DNA of 41,279 nucleotides from a virus (Duplodnaviria; Caudoviricetes), in IMG/VR virus record IMGVR_UViG_3300020281_000049, positions 1 to 41,279 of that record. The stretch is one strand, 5' to 3'. How positions within the stretch are numbered: position 1 is the stretch's first letter; each line of letters starts with the position of its first letter. Both the position numbers and the translations under genes were made by a program. This document shows, piece by piece, positions 7,206 through 16,559 of the stretch. The notes below the pieces were generated by a model. It saw only the letters and a program-made list of their open reading frames with translations, made no database searches and had not been told where the DNA came from.

Positions 7206-8937
7206 CGGTAAACTCGTCGGGATCTCAGTATCAACGGACACTGGTTTTACAGGCTATTTCCCCATCGCTCACGAAGGAGGAGATAACCTTGACCGTAACA
7301 ATGTCCTCCGATGGGCACGCGATACCTTTGGAGGATCCCAAGATAAGGTTGGAGCAAACCTGCTCTACGATCTTGAATGGCTTAGATCAGAAGGGATACA
7401 AGTTAGTGGCAAGCTCAGAGATATACAAGTTGCCGAGCCCTTAATCAATGAGGAACGTGATGGCGGCTATAGTCTAAATAATCTTGCTAAGTATTATCTT
7501 AACGTAGAGAAAGATGAGAAGCTGTTGCGTGATGCAGCAAAGTCTTTTGGTGTAGATCCAAAGGGTGGTTTATGGAAGCTGCCTGCTAGGTATGTTGGCC
7601 CGTATGCAGAGGCTGATGCACGTCTTCCACTAGAGATATATGCTAAGCAAGAGAAGATCCTCAAAGAGCAAGGCTTATGGGATATATTCGAGCTCGAGTC
7701 TAGATTACTCAATGTTACACTAGACATGAGATTCAAGGGCGTACGTATTGACATAGATAAAGCTGAAATACTAAATGAAGATTGTTTAAGCAAGGAAGCC
7801 AAGCTGCTGACTGCCATACGCGATGAGTGTGGTCATGTAGTCGAGTGTTGGTCTGCTGATGACTTGTCAAAAGCATTTGATAAATTAAATATATGGTATC
7901 CACGTACACAGAAAGGCAATCCATCTTTTACTAGTGACTGGTTAAACGTACATGAGCATGAGTTTGCTAAGAAGGTAGCTGAGTGGCGTAAACTAAATAA
8001 GATGAGACGTGACTTTATCGAAGGTATATGTCTCAAGCAGCAGCACAATGGCAGGATACATGCACAGTTCCATGCCTTGCGTAAAGATGCTGATGGTACT
8101 CGCACTGGTAGATTTAGTTCATCGACTCCTAACCTGCAGCAGATACCTGCACGTGATCCATACTGGGGACCATTGATACGTGGTTTATTCTTGCCTGACG
8201 AAGGGCAGCAATGGGCTTGCCTTGATTACAGTCAACAGGAACCTAGAGTCTTGATGCATTATGCTGCCTTGCGTGGCTTGAAAGGTGCACAAGAAGCAGT
8301 TGATCAGTACAACAAAGATCCTGATACTGACTTCCACCAGATTGTAGCTGACATGGCAGGCATCGAACGTAAGCAAGCAAAGACTATTAATCTTGGTATG
8401 TTCTATGGCATGGGTATATACAAGCTGAGTACTGAATTAGGTATGCAGCAGTTTGAAGCCAAGCCTATCTTCGAGCAGTATCATAGTCGTGTACCATTTG
8501 TGCGTCAGCTAGCTCATGAGTGTACACGTGCTGCCAACAGCAAGGGATATATAAAGACTTTACTAGGCAGGCACAGACATTTCAATATGTTTGAACCAGC
8601 TGATAGTAGAAACACATGGCCAAACAGAGAGACACCATTGAACAGGGAAGCTGCAATGGAAGTATGGCAAGGCAGACCGTTACGTCGGTCGTTTACCCAT
8701 AAAGCTCTCAATGCTTTGATACAAGGCAGCAGTGCGGACATGACAAAGAAAGCTATGCTAGACTTATATGATGAAGGCGTAGTTGCACATATTACGGTAC
8801 ATGATGAGCTTGATTTTTCCGTCACAGACAGTGTACAAGCGAACAAATACCGTGATATAATGGAAGACTGCGTGGACCTTAAGTTACCACTCAAGGTCGA
8901 CGTAGAATTAGGCCCCACATGGGGTGATATAAAATAG
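7057..8937 (+). CDS. polA: Family A DNA polymerase with 3'-5' exonuclease domain
   Basis: Exo DVET, YD and YAEAD; TGRFSS..PNLQQIP; motif A DYSQQEPR; motif B RKQAKTINLGMFYG; motif C VHDEL. Confidence 0.96.
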   Translation: MDQLSMFLPKANWKPPADLPDLSKAKVISLDVETSDPNLLTSGPGGVRNDGKLVGISVSTDTGFTGYFPIAHEGGDNLDRNNVLRWARDTFGGSQDKVGANLLYDLEWLRSEGIQVSGKLRDIQVAEPLINEERDGGYSLNNLAKYYLNVEKDEKLLRDAAKSFGVDPKGGLWKLPARYVGPYAEADARLPLEIYAKQEKILKEQGLWDIFELESRLLNVTLDMRFKGVRIDIDKAEILNEDCLSKEAKLLTAIRDECGHVVECWSADDLSKAFDKLNIWYPRTQKGNPSFTSDWLNVHEHEFAKKVAEWRKLNKMRRDFIEGICLKQQHNGRIHAQFHALRKDADGTRTGRFSSSTPNLQQIPARDPYWGPLIRGLFLPDEGQQWACLDYSQQEPRVLMHYAALRGLKGAQEAVDQYNKDPDTDFHQIVADMAGIERKQAKTINLGMFYGMGIYKLSTELGMQQFEAKPIFEQYHSRVPFVRQLAHECTRAANSKGYIKTLLGRHRHFNMFEPADSRNTWPNRETPLNREAAMEVWQGRPLRRSFTHKALNALIQGSSADMTKKAMLDLYDEGVVAHITVHDELDFSVTDSVQANKYRDIMEDCVDLKLPLKVDVELGPTWGDIK

Positions 8938-8950
8938 AAAGGAGAATGAT

Positions 8951-9271
8951 ATGTGGTTATATACAGATCAAGGTCACGTATCTGTTGTTGCAGACCGTAA
9001 CAACGATAAAAAAGTTTTTGTGAGAGCTCGTAACAAAATATCATTGTTACATTTTTGGCATCACAAAATTATTGAAAAGAAAAATGCTGATTACAAGTAT
9101 CGTGTACACATACTCAAGACAGAGTTTGCACAGTACATGTATGACTATATCAGCAAGATGGAGTATGACAACTTCAAGGGTCATTTGCTGCATTCAGGTA
9201 TGAAAGCCAGTGAATACAAAGTATACACTGACGTCTATACCGCAGGCTTAGGATTTGAAGATGTCGACTGA
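8951..9271 (+). CDS. Hypothetical phage protein
   Basis: 106 aa ORF with AGAAAGGAGAA RBS; VRAR, ADYKYR and YDNFK motifs. Confidence 0.8.
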   Translation: MWLYTDQGHVSVVADRNNDKKVFVRARNKISLLHFWHHKIIEKKNADYKYRVHILKTEFAQYMYDYISKMEYDNFKGHLLHSGMKASEYKVYTDVYTAGLGFEDVD

Positions 9272-9668
9272 AGCTGCACTATGGCAGCTCGTTAAAAAGA
9301 ATGTTAAGGGTCACCTGATCCGGGTTGAGAATACAGCAGGATCAGGTACCCCTGACGTGCATGCTTGCCATCAAACACGTGAGACGTGGATAGAATTAAA
9401 ATTAGCTAAAGGTAACTGGCTGCACTTTAGATCTAGCCAGCTAGCTTTCTTTGCCAAGCGTGTTTGGAACCAGCACGGTAAAGTAAAAATATTATGGCGT
9501 AAGCAAGATGAGATTTGTGTATGTAGTGCTTTATATATTTTTCCCTTGTTAAATGAAGCAGTTGCTAATAAAGATGGCAGCGTAAAAATTCCGATTGAAA
9601 AAATTACGCACGAAAAATTTTTGAAACCATGGGATTGGGACGAAATTTCGGAAAAAGTCTATGTATGA
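9261..9668 (+). CDS. VRR-NUC / PD-(D/E)XK nuclease (Holliday-junction-resolvase-like)
   Basis: RVEN...GTPDV...WIELK...Q motif pattern. Confidence 0.8.
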   Translation: MSTEAALWQLVKKNVKGHLIRVENTAGSGTPDVHACHQTRETWIELKLAKGNWLHFRSSQLAFFAKRVWNQHGKVKILWRKQDEICVCSALYIFPLLNEAVANKDGSVKIPIEKITHEKFLKPWDWDEISEKVYV

Positions 9669-9697
9669 TTTACAAATTGCCAATAATATAATAAGAT
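9669..9697 (+). promoter_or_regulatory. Putative promoter P5
   Basis: TTTACA (9669-9674), 17 bp spacer, TAAGAT; spacer contains TGCCAATAATAT, also at 1516-1527. Confidence 0.6.
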
Positions 9698-9719
9698 CAA
9701 TATTAGAAAGGAGAGCTAT

Positions 9720-10040
9720 ATGAATAGCAAAGTTTATGTTGTGCAAGAGTCGCAAGGTCGTAACCTGCTACCTGCACAGGAGTATGGGGACATTAATGTC
9801 TTGCTGCCTCCAGGTAACGTTGCTTTCAGTAGTAGTCCAACAGTACGTAGACTTAGAAACGGACTGAAAGACTTTACTGACAGTGATTATCTGCTATTGA
9901 TGGGTGATCCTGCTGCTATAGCTATGGCTGGTGCAATAGCTACAGAACAGAACCGTGGACGTATGCAATTACTGAAATGGGATAGGCAAGAGCACCGTTA
10001 TTTTGTAATCAAAGTAGATATACATGGAGGAAGCGTATGA
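9720..10040 (+). CDS. Hypothetical protein
   Basis: 106 aa ORF with AGAAAGGAG RBS; DYLLLMGDP and LKWDR motifs. Confidence 0.8.
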   Translation: MNSKVYVVQESQGRNLLPAQEYGDINVLLPPGNVAFSSSPTVRRLRNGLKDFTDSDYLLLMGDPAAIAMAGAIATEQNRGRMQLLKWDRQEHRYFVIKVDIHGGSV

Positions 10041-10555
10041 TAGATGTTGATGATCAAGACCTTAAACAGGTCAGTATACTAGCTAATACTCAACGCGAGC
10101 TTGAGAATAAAATCAAGCAGCAAGAGGAAGAGCTAAAAGAAACTAAGAGACAACTGAAGCAAGTGAGTGAGGTAGATATACCTGAAGCACTGGCTGAGTC
10201 AGGACTCTCAGAGATTAAGTTGACTGATGGTACCAAGGTATCTGTGCAACAATTTTATAGTGCATCACTACCTAAAGATAAGGTTGATGAAGCATTAGAC
10301 TGGTTGCGTGACAATGGTCATGGTGACTTAATAAAAAATACGATCAGTGTAGACTTTGGCAAAGGCGAAGATGATGCAGCAGGTAAACTAAAGCAGCATC
10401 TTGTTGGTCAAGGTAATTCATACACTGATAAAACCGGTGTCCACCCACAGACGCTTCGTGCGTTTGCGCGTGAACAAGTAGAGAAAGGACAGAACCTGCC
10501 CCTGGACTTACTCGGTATTTATATCGGGCAGAAAACCGTCATAAAGGAGGGTTAG
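10037..10555 (+). CDS. Phage replication-module protein with N-terminal coiled coil
   Basis: ATGA overlap; WLRDNGHGDLIK and VHPQTL motifs. Confidence 0.8.
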   Translation: MIDVDDQDLKQVSILANTQRELENKIKQQEEELKETKRQLKQVSEVDIPEALAESGLSEIKLTDGTKVSVQQFYSASLPKDKVDEALDWLRDNGHGDLIKNTISVDFGKGEDDAAGKLKQHLVGQGNSYTDKTGVHPQTLRAFAREQVEKGQNLPLDLLGIYIGQKTVIKEG

Positions 10556-10559
10556 TATC

Positions 10560-11294
10560 ATGGCTCATGATATAGCAAAAAAGAAAGAGCAGCTTCCTAC
10601 AGTGATTAACTTCGCTGAAGATGCCTCTGACGGTATTGGCGATTTATCCGCACAGGATTTTGCCATACCATACTTGGTGATCTTGCAAAAGATGTCACCA
10701 CAAACCGACACACATGATGTGAAAGCCGGTGAGATATTTAACACTGTTACAGAGAAAGCAGCTAAGGAATTAGTTGTTGTCCCTTGTGCATACACACGAA
10801 ACTTCGTGGAGTGGGTGCCAAGAGATAATGGTGGTGGACTCGTTGGAGTACACAATATCAATAGCCTGCCTGAGCATAGTCGTGTTGATAATAAGCTGGT
10901 TACTAAAGCCGGTAACATACTTGTCGAAACCGCAAATCATTTCGTATTGACAGTCGATGGCAACAACGTAGATCGTGGTCTTATATGTATGACAAGCACG
11001 CAGCTTAAAAAGAACAGACGTTGGAATAGTCTTATGGCTGGTATCAAAATGACTGATGCCAATGGTAAGCTGTTTAGTCCCGCTAGATATAGTCACCTGT
11101 ATAAGTTGACTACCATGCAGGAAAAGAACGATCAAGGTTCTTGGTTTGGTTGGGACATATCTTTGGTCAAACAATTAGATGATCAAGGTATCTATGCATT
11201 GGCGAAAGACTTTGCTTCACAAGTTAAGAGTGGTGCTGTACAAGCAGGACCGCCACCTAGTGATGATCAAGGTCCGGTATCCGAAGACTTCTAA
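10560..11294 (+). CDS. Putative single-stranded DNA-binding protein
   Basis: Lies in the replication module; aromatic beta-rich core; acidic C-terminus ending SEDF. Confidence 0.6.
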   Translation: MAHDIAKKKEQLPTVINFAEDASDGIGDLSAQDFAIPYLVILQKMSPQTDTHDVKAGEIFNTVTEKAAKELVVVPCAYTRNFVEWVPRDNGGGLVGVHNINSLPEHSRVDNKLVTKAGNILVETANHFVLTVDGNNVDRGLICMTSTQLKKNRRWNSLMAGIKMTDANGKLFSPARYSHLYKLTTMQEKNDQGSWFGWDISLVKQLDDQGIYALAKDFASQVKSGAVQAGPPPSDDQGPVSEDF

Positions 11295-11302
11295 GTAGGG
11301 AG

Positions 11303-11324
11303 TGGGGAGGCTTCGGCCTCCCCA
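11303..11324 (+). terminator. Stable UUCG hairpin without U-tract (attenuator or mRNA-stabilising)
   Basis: TGGGGAGGC-TTCG-GCCTCCCCA between the SSB-like gene and the primase. Confidence 0.6.
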
Positions 11325-11333
11325 TGCGGATAC

Positions 11334-12821
11334 ATGATACATTTAAAATTTAAAGAATTATTTATGGGCTTAGATAGAGCTCATGGCAGCTATGAAATTA
11401 GTGGCGAGCGTGCTGATGGCAAGAAGCAAGGTCGTGCTAAGACAGTACGTGAGGATGTGACTGATGATAAGTGGCAAAGCCATATACAAGGCAAGATGGG
11501 TCTTGGCATTATTCCTATTAATGATAATAGTGAATGTCGTTTTGGTGCTATCGATATTGACGAGTACGAAGGACTCGATATTGGAGTCATCAATAAAAAG
11601 CTCATTGACTTCAAGTTCCCTCTCTGGCCCTGCCAAAGTAAATCAGGAGGTGTCCACCTGTACTGTTTCACTAGTGAATGGGTTGGTGCTGATACGCTGC
11701 AACGTAAACTTAGAGATATGGCTGCAGCCCTCGGATATGGCTCATCAGAAATATTTCCAAAACAAACACAGATCCTCGCAGAACGTGGTGATGTAGGCCA
11801 GTGGATTAACATGCCTTACTTTGGTAAGGAACGCTGGTGCAATAATATGGATCCCAAAGATTTTGTTGAGGCAGCATTAAAGAATAGATTAACAAGCAAG
11901 CAACTATCAGATCTTACAATTAAAATGCCGGCATCTGATTTTGATGACGGACCACCTTGTCTGCAGCACTTGTCAGGTCAAGGCTTTCCTTCTGGTACAC
12001 GCAACAATGGTTTATTTAATGTAGCAGTCTACTGTCGTAAGCGTGATCCAGATAACTGGCAACGAGACATGGAGGCTTTCAATGCAAAACTCATGGACCC
12101 ACCGTTATCGAGCTCAGAGGTTCAAGGCGTTATTAAATCAGCGTCGCGTAAGGACTATCAGTACACCTGCAGCAAGGCACCCATTGCACCGTATTGCAAT
12201 GCTGCTGTTTGCAAGCTCCGTAAGTTCGGTATTGATGGTAGCAACGACTTACCTGCTATTCATTCTCTCACTAAGTTTAATACATCTCCTCCAATCTGGT
12301 TTTTAGATGTAGATGGCGGTGGTCGATTAGAGCTAGAGACAGACGACTTACAGAACCAGCGACGGTTTCAGCGTAAGTGTATGGAGAAGCTAAACACCAT
12401 GCCTAACAAGATGAGCGATCAAGCATGGACTAAACTTATAAATCATTTGCTTGATACTCTTACAGTAGTAGAAGCACCTGTTGATGCTAGTCCTATTGGC
12501 CAGCTCATGGAGCATATAGAAAGGTTTTGTAATGGACGTGTACAAGCTAAGAACAGAGATGAGTTGTTACTTGGTAAACCATGGACTGATGAGGGACGAC
12601 ATTATTTTAGGGTTGCTGATCTTATGGCATACCTTGATCGTATGCATTTCAGAGATTACCGCGTACACCAGGTAACTGCCATATTAAAAGGGCAGCAAGC
12701 TGAGCATCACTTCTTTAACTGTAAAGGTAAAGGCGTTAACTGCTGGTCTATACCAGAGTTTGATAAGCATGAAGATAACTTTGACACGCCAGAGATAAAG
12801 GGTCAAGATGACATCTTCTAG
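11334..12821 (+). CDS. Archaeo-eukaryotic-type primase (AEP) with PriCT-like domain
   Basis: GAIDID (DxD), SKSGGVHLY, WINMPY; PPC..GTRNNGLFN..PPLSSSEV primase C-terminal domain. Confidence 0.8.
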   Translation: MIHLKFKELFMGLDRAHGSYEISGERADGKKQGRAKTVREDVTDDKWQSHIQGKMGLGIIPINDNSECRFGAIDIDEYEGLDIGVINKKLIDFKFPLWPCQSKSGGVHLYCFTSEWVGADTLQRKLRDMAAALGYGSSEIFPKQTQILAERGDVGQWINMPYFGKERWCNNMDPKDFVEAALKNRLTSKQLSDLTIKMPASDFDDGPPCLQHLSGQGFPSGTRNNGLFNVAVYCRKRDPDNWQRDMEAFNAKLMDPPLSSSEVQGVIKSASRKDYQYTCSKAPIAPYCNAAVCKLRKFGIDGSNDLPAIHSLTKFNTSPPIWFLDVDGGGRLELETDDLQNQRRFQRKCMEKLNTMPNKMSDQAWTKLINHLLDTLTVVEAPVDASPIGQLMEHIERFCNGRVQAKNRDELLLGKPWTDEGRHYFRVADLMAYLDRMHFRDYRVHQVTAILKGQQAEHHFFNCKGKGVNCWSIPEFDKHEDNFDTPEIKGQDDIF

Positions 12822-14274
12822 TTGGAACATAGTATATGGCCCGCCTGGTACTGGCAAGACTACCTTTGGTATGCAGTTTGTAGAAGATCAGATCAACAAG
12901 GGCATAGATCCTAGTCGCATTGGCTACATAGCATTTACAAGACGTGCTGCCAATGAAGCAAGAGAACGAGCTCAAACAAAGTTTAATCTGACTGACGATG
13001 ATCTGTTATACTTTAGGACTATACATAGTCTATGCTTCATGCAGCTAGGTGTTAACCCTAGTGGAATGATGCAAAAGCAAAACTGGACAGAGATTGGCGA
13101 GCTGCTAGGTGTAGAGACTACAGGTATGGGTGGTCTAAATGAAGATGCATATAATATGTCAATGCCTACAGGCGACAGATTATTCTTCCTTGAAAACCTA
13201 TCACGTATAACTAGGTCCTCACTGAGAGAGGTATATGAGCAGACTGTTGATGATGATATAGACTATGACCAGCTAGTCATTGCTGCTAAGACATTAACAG
13301 AATATAAGACTAAGCGTAAGCTACTAGACTTTACTGACTTACTAGACAAGTGGTTAATCAAGGGCCATGTACCTAGGATCGATGCACTGTTTGTAGATGA
13401 AGCACAAGACCTATCTAAAATACAATGGGAAGTCGTACATAAGATTAGTCGTGAAGTACCATTGAAGTATGCAGCTGGTGATGATGACCAAGCTATATAT
13501 CGATGGGCAGGTGCAGCAGTAGAAGAGTTTATTAATTTAACTGGTAACAAAACAATACTCTCTCACTCATATCGTATACCTGAGGCTGTACATACCATAG
13601 CCACCTCATTGCTAGATACCATAAGTCATAGGCAAGAGAAGGAGTTTAGTCATAACGGTAATGAAGGTTATGTTAACTACCACTTCAGTGCTGATGACCT
13701 AGATCTAAGCAATGGTGAATGGCTGCTGCTAGCTCGTAACGGTTATATGCTACGAGAGTATGAACGCATCTGCGAACAGAATGGCTATCCATACGAGAGC
13801 CCTAGCCGTAAACCTCTCCAGTCTGCTGCATTGAGAGCAGTTAAAGACTGGACGCAGCTTTGCAAGGGTGAGACATTGGTTGGCAAGCAACTTAAAAATG
13901 TTCGTCGGTTTCATGGTTTCTCCTTTAATATTGATGACGAACGTATTTATGCTTTGTCAGACCTACCAGTAGAGAATAAGCCTTGGTACGATGCATTCAC
14001 TAAGATAGGTGCGACACTAAGAGAATACTTCTTAGCAGCAAGAAGACAAGGCGAGAGCCTAAAGAAACCAAGAATAATAATTAATACCATCCATGGAGTC
14101 AAGGGAGGTGAGGCAGATCATGTTGCTGTGATGACAGATATGGCAGCAAGATCTCATAGATACATGCAAATGTTTCCAGACGACGAACAACGTGTGTTCT
14201 ATGTGGCAGCTACACGCGCCAAGAGCGGGCTAAATATAATTCAGCCACAATCTCGCCTGTTTTTCGAAATTTGA
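12808..14274 (+). CDS. UvrD/Rep superfamily 1 helicase
   Basis: GPPGTGKT, FRTIHS, VDEAQD, GDDDQAIY, TIHGVKGGE, YVAATRA. Confidence 0.93.
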   Translation: MTSSSWNIVYGPPGTGKTTFGMQFVEDQINKGIDPSRIGYIAFTRRAANEARERAQTKFNLTDDDLLYFRTIHSLCFMQLGVNPSGMMQKQNWTEIGELLGVETTGMGGLNEDAYNMSMPTGDRLFFLENLSRITRSSLREVYEQTVDDDIDYDQLVIAAKTLTEYKTKRKLLDFTDLLDKWLIKGHVPRIDALFVDEAQDLSKIQWEVVHKISREVPLKYAAGDDDQAIYRWAGAAVEEFINLTGNKTILSHSYRIPEAVHTIATSLLDTISHRQEKEFSHNGNEGYVNYHFSADDLDLSNGEWLLLARNGYMLREYERICEQNGYPYESPSRKPLQSAALRAVKDWTQLCKGETLVGKQLKNVRRFHGFSFNIDDERIYALSDLPVENKPWYDAFTKIGATLREYFLAARRQGESLKKPRIIINTIHGVKGGEADHVAVMTDMAARSHRYMQMFPDDEQRVFYVAATRAKSGLNIIQPQSRLFFEI

Positions 14275-14308
14275 CCTTCTAGGATGGCCATAGAGAGCGG
14301 AGAAAAGT

Positions 14309-15757
14309 ATGAGCCATAGTAACATATACCCTTTTAAGACCCGTCCCTACGCCCATCAGAGGGAGGCCTGGGAGCTTTCAAAGGATAAAGACGAATTTGC
14401 ACTGTTCATGGACATGGGTACAGGCAAGTCTAAAGTAATAATAGATAACATTGCGTATCTATATGATAGAGGGCGGATAGACTCTGCTCTGATTATAGCA
14501 CCTAAGGGTACTTATCAGAACTGGACGCGTAATGAGATACCAACTCACATGCCAGATCATATAGTAGTTAAGACTGCTGCCTGGTCTGCAACACCTAAGA
14601 AAGAAGAGAAGAAGAAACTTGAAAATATATTCTTCTCACTATCAGACTTGCGTGTACTAGTTATGAATATTGAAGCATTCAGTACTACCAAGGGCGTAAA
14701 GTTCGCTGAGCAGTTCTTACGTTGTGCTGGTAATTGTATGATGGTTATTGACGAGTCTACTACTATCAAGAACCCTAAGGCTAAGAGAACCAAAGCTGTT
14801 ATTAAGACAGGCATACAAGCAAAGTATCGTAGGATACTAACTGGTGAGCCAGTGACTCGTAGTCCACTAGATCTATATGCACAGTTTCAGTTCTTAAATC
14901 CTGTATGTCTAGGCTTTAGCAGCTTCTATACATTTAGAAATAGATATGCCATCATGATCGATATGAAGGCAGGTACAAGATCATTTAAAAAGATTGTTGG
15001 TTATCAAAGGCTGCAAGAGCTAGGTGACCAGATTAAACCATATAGCTATAGAATAAAAAAGGAGGACTGCTTGGATCTACCACCTAAGACATATATCTAT
15101 CGTGAGGTTGAGCTTACACAAGATCAAAAGAAAGTATACAAAGAGCTATCTGATCTAGCAGTTGCTTCATTAGACGGTGCCGTATTATCTGTTGATACCG
15201 TGTTAACTCAGATGTTAAGACTACACCAGATTACATGTGGTCACTATAAGTCTGATGACGATGTTATTATACCAGTAGCTAATAATAGACTATCGGAGTT
15301 AATGCAGATATTAGAAGAGGCCTCTAATAAGGTAATTATATGGGCAACATATATACAAGACATACAGACTATTTTAGCCGCTCTTAAAAAGGAATATGGT
15401 GATGAGTCTACAGTTGCATACTATGGGGCCGTGAACCAAGAGGATAGGAATACGGCTATAGATAGATTTCAAAAAGATGATACATGCCGCTTCTTTGTAG
15501 GTAACCCACAAACAGGATCTATGGGTATCACACTTACTGCAGCAGATACAGTAGTCTATTATTCTAATAGCTATAACCTAGAGCATAGACTACAGTCTGA
15601 AGATCGTGCACACCGTATTGGCCAAGAGAAAAATGTATTATATGTCGATCTAATATGCAGAGGTACAATCGACTCTAAGATAGTTAAGGCCCTGCGTGAT
15701 AAGAAAAATATCGCACAACAGGTAATGGGTGATGATTGGAAAGAGTGGCTTACTTAG
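14309..15757 (+). CDS. SNF2-family (SF2) helicase
   Basis: DMGTGKS, IDEST, LTGEP, GITLT, QSEDRAHRIGQ. Confidence 0.93.
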   Translation: MSHSNIYPFKTRPYAHQREAWELSKDKDEFALFMDMGTGKSKVIIDNIAYLYDRGRIDSALIIAPKGTYQNWTRNEIPTHMPDHIVVKTAAWSATPKKEEKKKLENIFFSLSDLRVLVMNIEAFSTTKGVKFAEQFLRCAGNCMMVIDESTTIKNPKAKRTKAVIKTGIQAKYRRILTGEPVTRSPLDLYAQFQFLNPVCLGFSSFYTFRNRYAIMIDMKAGTRSFKKIVGYQRLQELGDQIKPYSYRIKKEDCLDLPPKTYIYREVELTQDQKKVYKELSDLAVASLDGAVLSVDTVLTQMLRLHQITCGHYKSDDDVIIPVANNRLSELMQILEEASNKVIIWATYIQDIQTILAALKKEYGDESTVAYYGAVNQEDRNTAIDRFQKDDTCRFFVGNPQTGSMGITLTAADTVVYYSNSYNLEHRLQSEDRAHRIGQEKNVLYVDLICRGTIDSKIVKALRDKKNIAQQVMGDDWKEWLT

Positions 15758-15959
15758 CTCGCTTGTTTTCTTGTCCCATCCATATACCAAAGATACCAGT
15801 CATGACACCCATGATAACAGATACAAACGCTGATTGCTGCATTGTAGGATCTGGCAAGGACATAAACCATTCAGCACAACGCCATGACATAGCAACACTA
15901 GCAATCATTGTAAGTCTTGCTATTAGGTTATATTCCACAAGTTTCCTAAACCAGCTCAC
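15750..15959 (-). CDS. Small 2-TM membrane protein in the lysis module
   Basis: Hydrophobic 69 aa ORF coupled to the endolysin stop. Confidence 0.7.
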   Translation of the reverse strand: MSWFRKLVEYNLIARLTMIASVAMSWRCAEWFMSLPDPTMQQSAFVSVIMGVMTGIFGIWMGQENKRAK

Positions 15960-16405
15960 GCAATCTCAAAGTGAGGCGCGTCGATAAATGGGCGCCTTCC
16001 CTCACTCCTCCTTAAATCAACATAAGAATTCATAGCATCTTCCATACTCTGATCCCATTCACGTATATCAGGGATGTGCCATGCTGCACCCCATCTTATA
16101 CCTAGTCCTATATCCTGTGCTGCTGCCTTAAATGCATCGGCTATATCGTCATATACATTTAGCTCCCAGGTTATTCTTGACCCTATGTAGGCAACTACAT
16201 CAACAGCATTGCCTTCAAGGTGTTTGCTCTTCATTGTCTGAGAGGCCCCACTATCTACTAGTGCTTGTTGTTCTTCCATGGTCCGTAGTCCACAGGTCAC
16301 GCCAAAATCTATATTGGTTAATGTAATAGCTTTTTCTACTACTTCAACTAAAGGTGGGTTTACACCTTCTAGTCGCTCTAATGATCTTTTACTTAACTTA
16401 AACAT
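15956..16405 (-). CDS. Endolysin, peptidase M15 family (L-Ala-D-Glu peptidase-like)
   Basis: LS.RS...LEGV, GLRT.EEQ, SKHLEGNAVD, RWG..W, FIDAPHFE. Confidence 0.92.
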   Translation of the reverse strand: MFKLSKRSLERLEGVNPPLVEVVEKAITLTNIDFGVTCGLRTMEEQQALVDSGASQTMKSKHLEGNAVDVVAYIGSRITWELNVYDDIADAFKAAAQDIGLGIRWGAAWHIPDIREWDQSMEDAMNSYVDLRRSEGRRPFIDAPHFEIA

Positions 16406-16557
16406 TACTTTCCTTTATTAATTAAATCGAAGAGAGCTGATACTTTCTCTTCTAGTACCTTTACACGTACTAGGATCTCTGCACGAAAGGCTACAGCACA
16501 GCAAGCCACACCGGCTACTGCTACTATAATCGGCCAAAGCTCCAGAATTTGTGTCAT
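16405..16557 (-). CDS. 50-aa single-TM protein missing from the ORF track
   Basis: MTQILELWPIIVAVAGVACCAVAFRAEILVRVKVLEEKVSALFDLINKGK; fills the holin-endolysin gap with a TAATG overlap. Confidence 0.75.
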   Translation of the reverse strand: MTQILELWPIIVAVAGVACCAVAFRAEILVRVKVLEEKVSALFDLINKGK

Positions 16558-16559
16558 AG

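Noticed and set aside
4539-8937. Z-genome (2-aminoadenine) system suggested by a MazG-like gene plus PolA
   Set aside because: No PurZ/adenylosuccinate-synthetase-like or HD-domain dATPase gene is recognisable; the neighbouring enzymes are all pyrimidine-directed
8514-9044. 176-aa minus-strand ORF and similar antisense or alternative-frame ORFs (e.g. 10565-11174, 11370-11812, 23904-24302)
   Set aside because: They shadow well-supported genes and have no RBS or recognisable motifs
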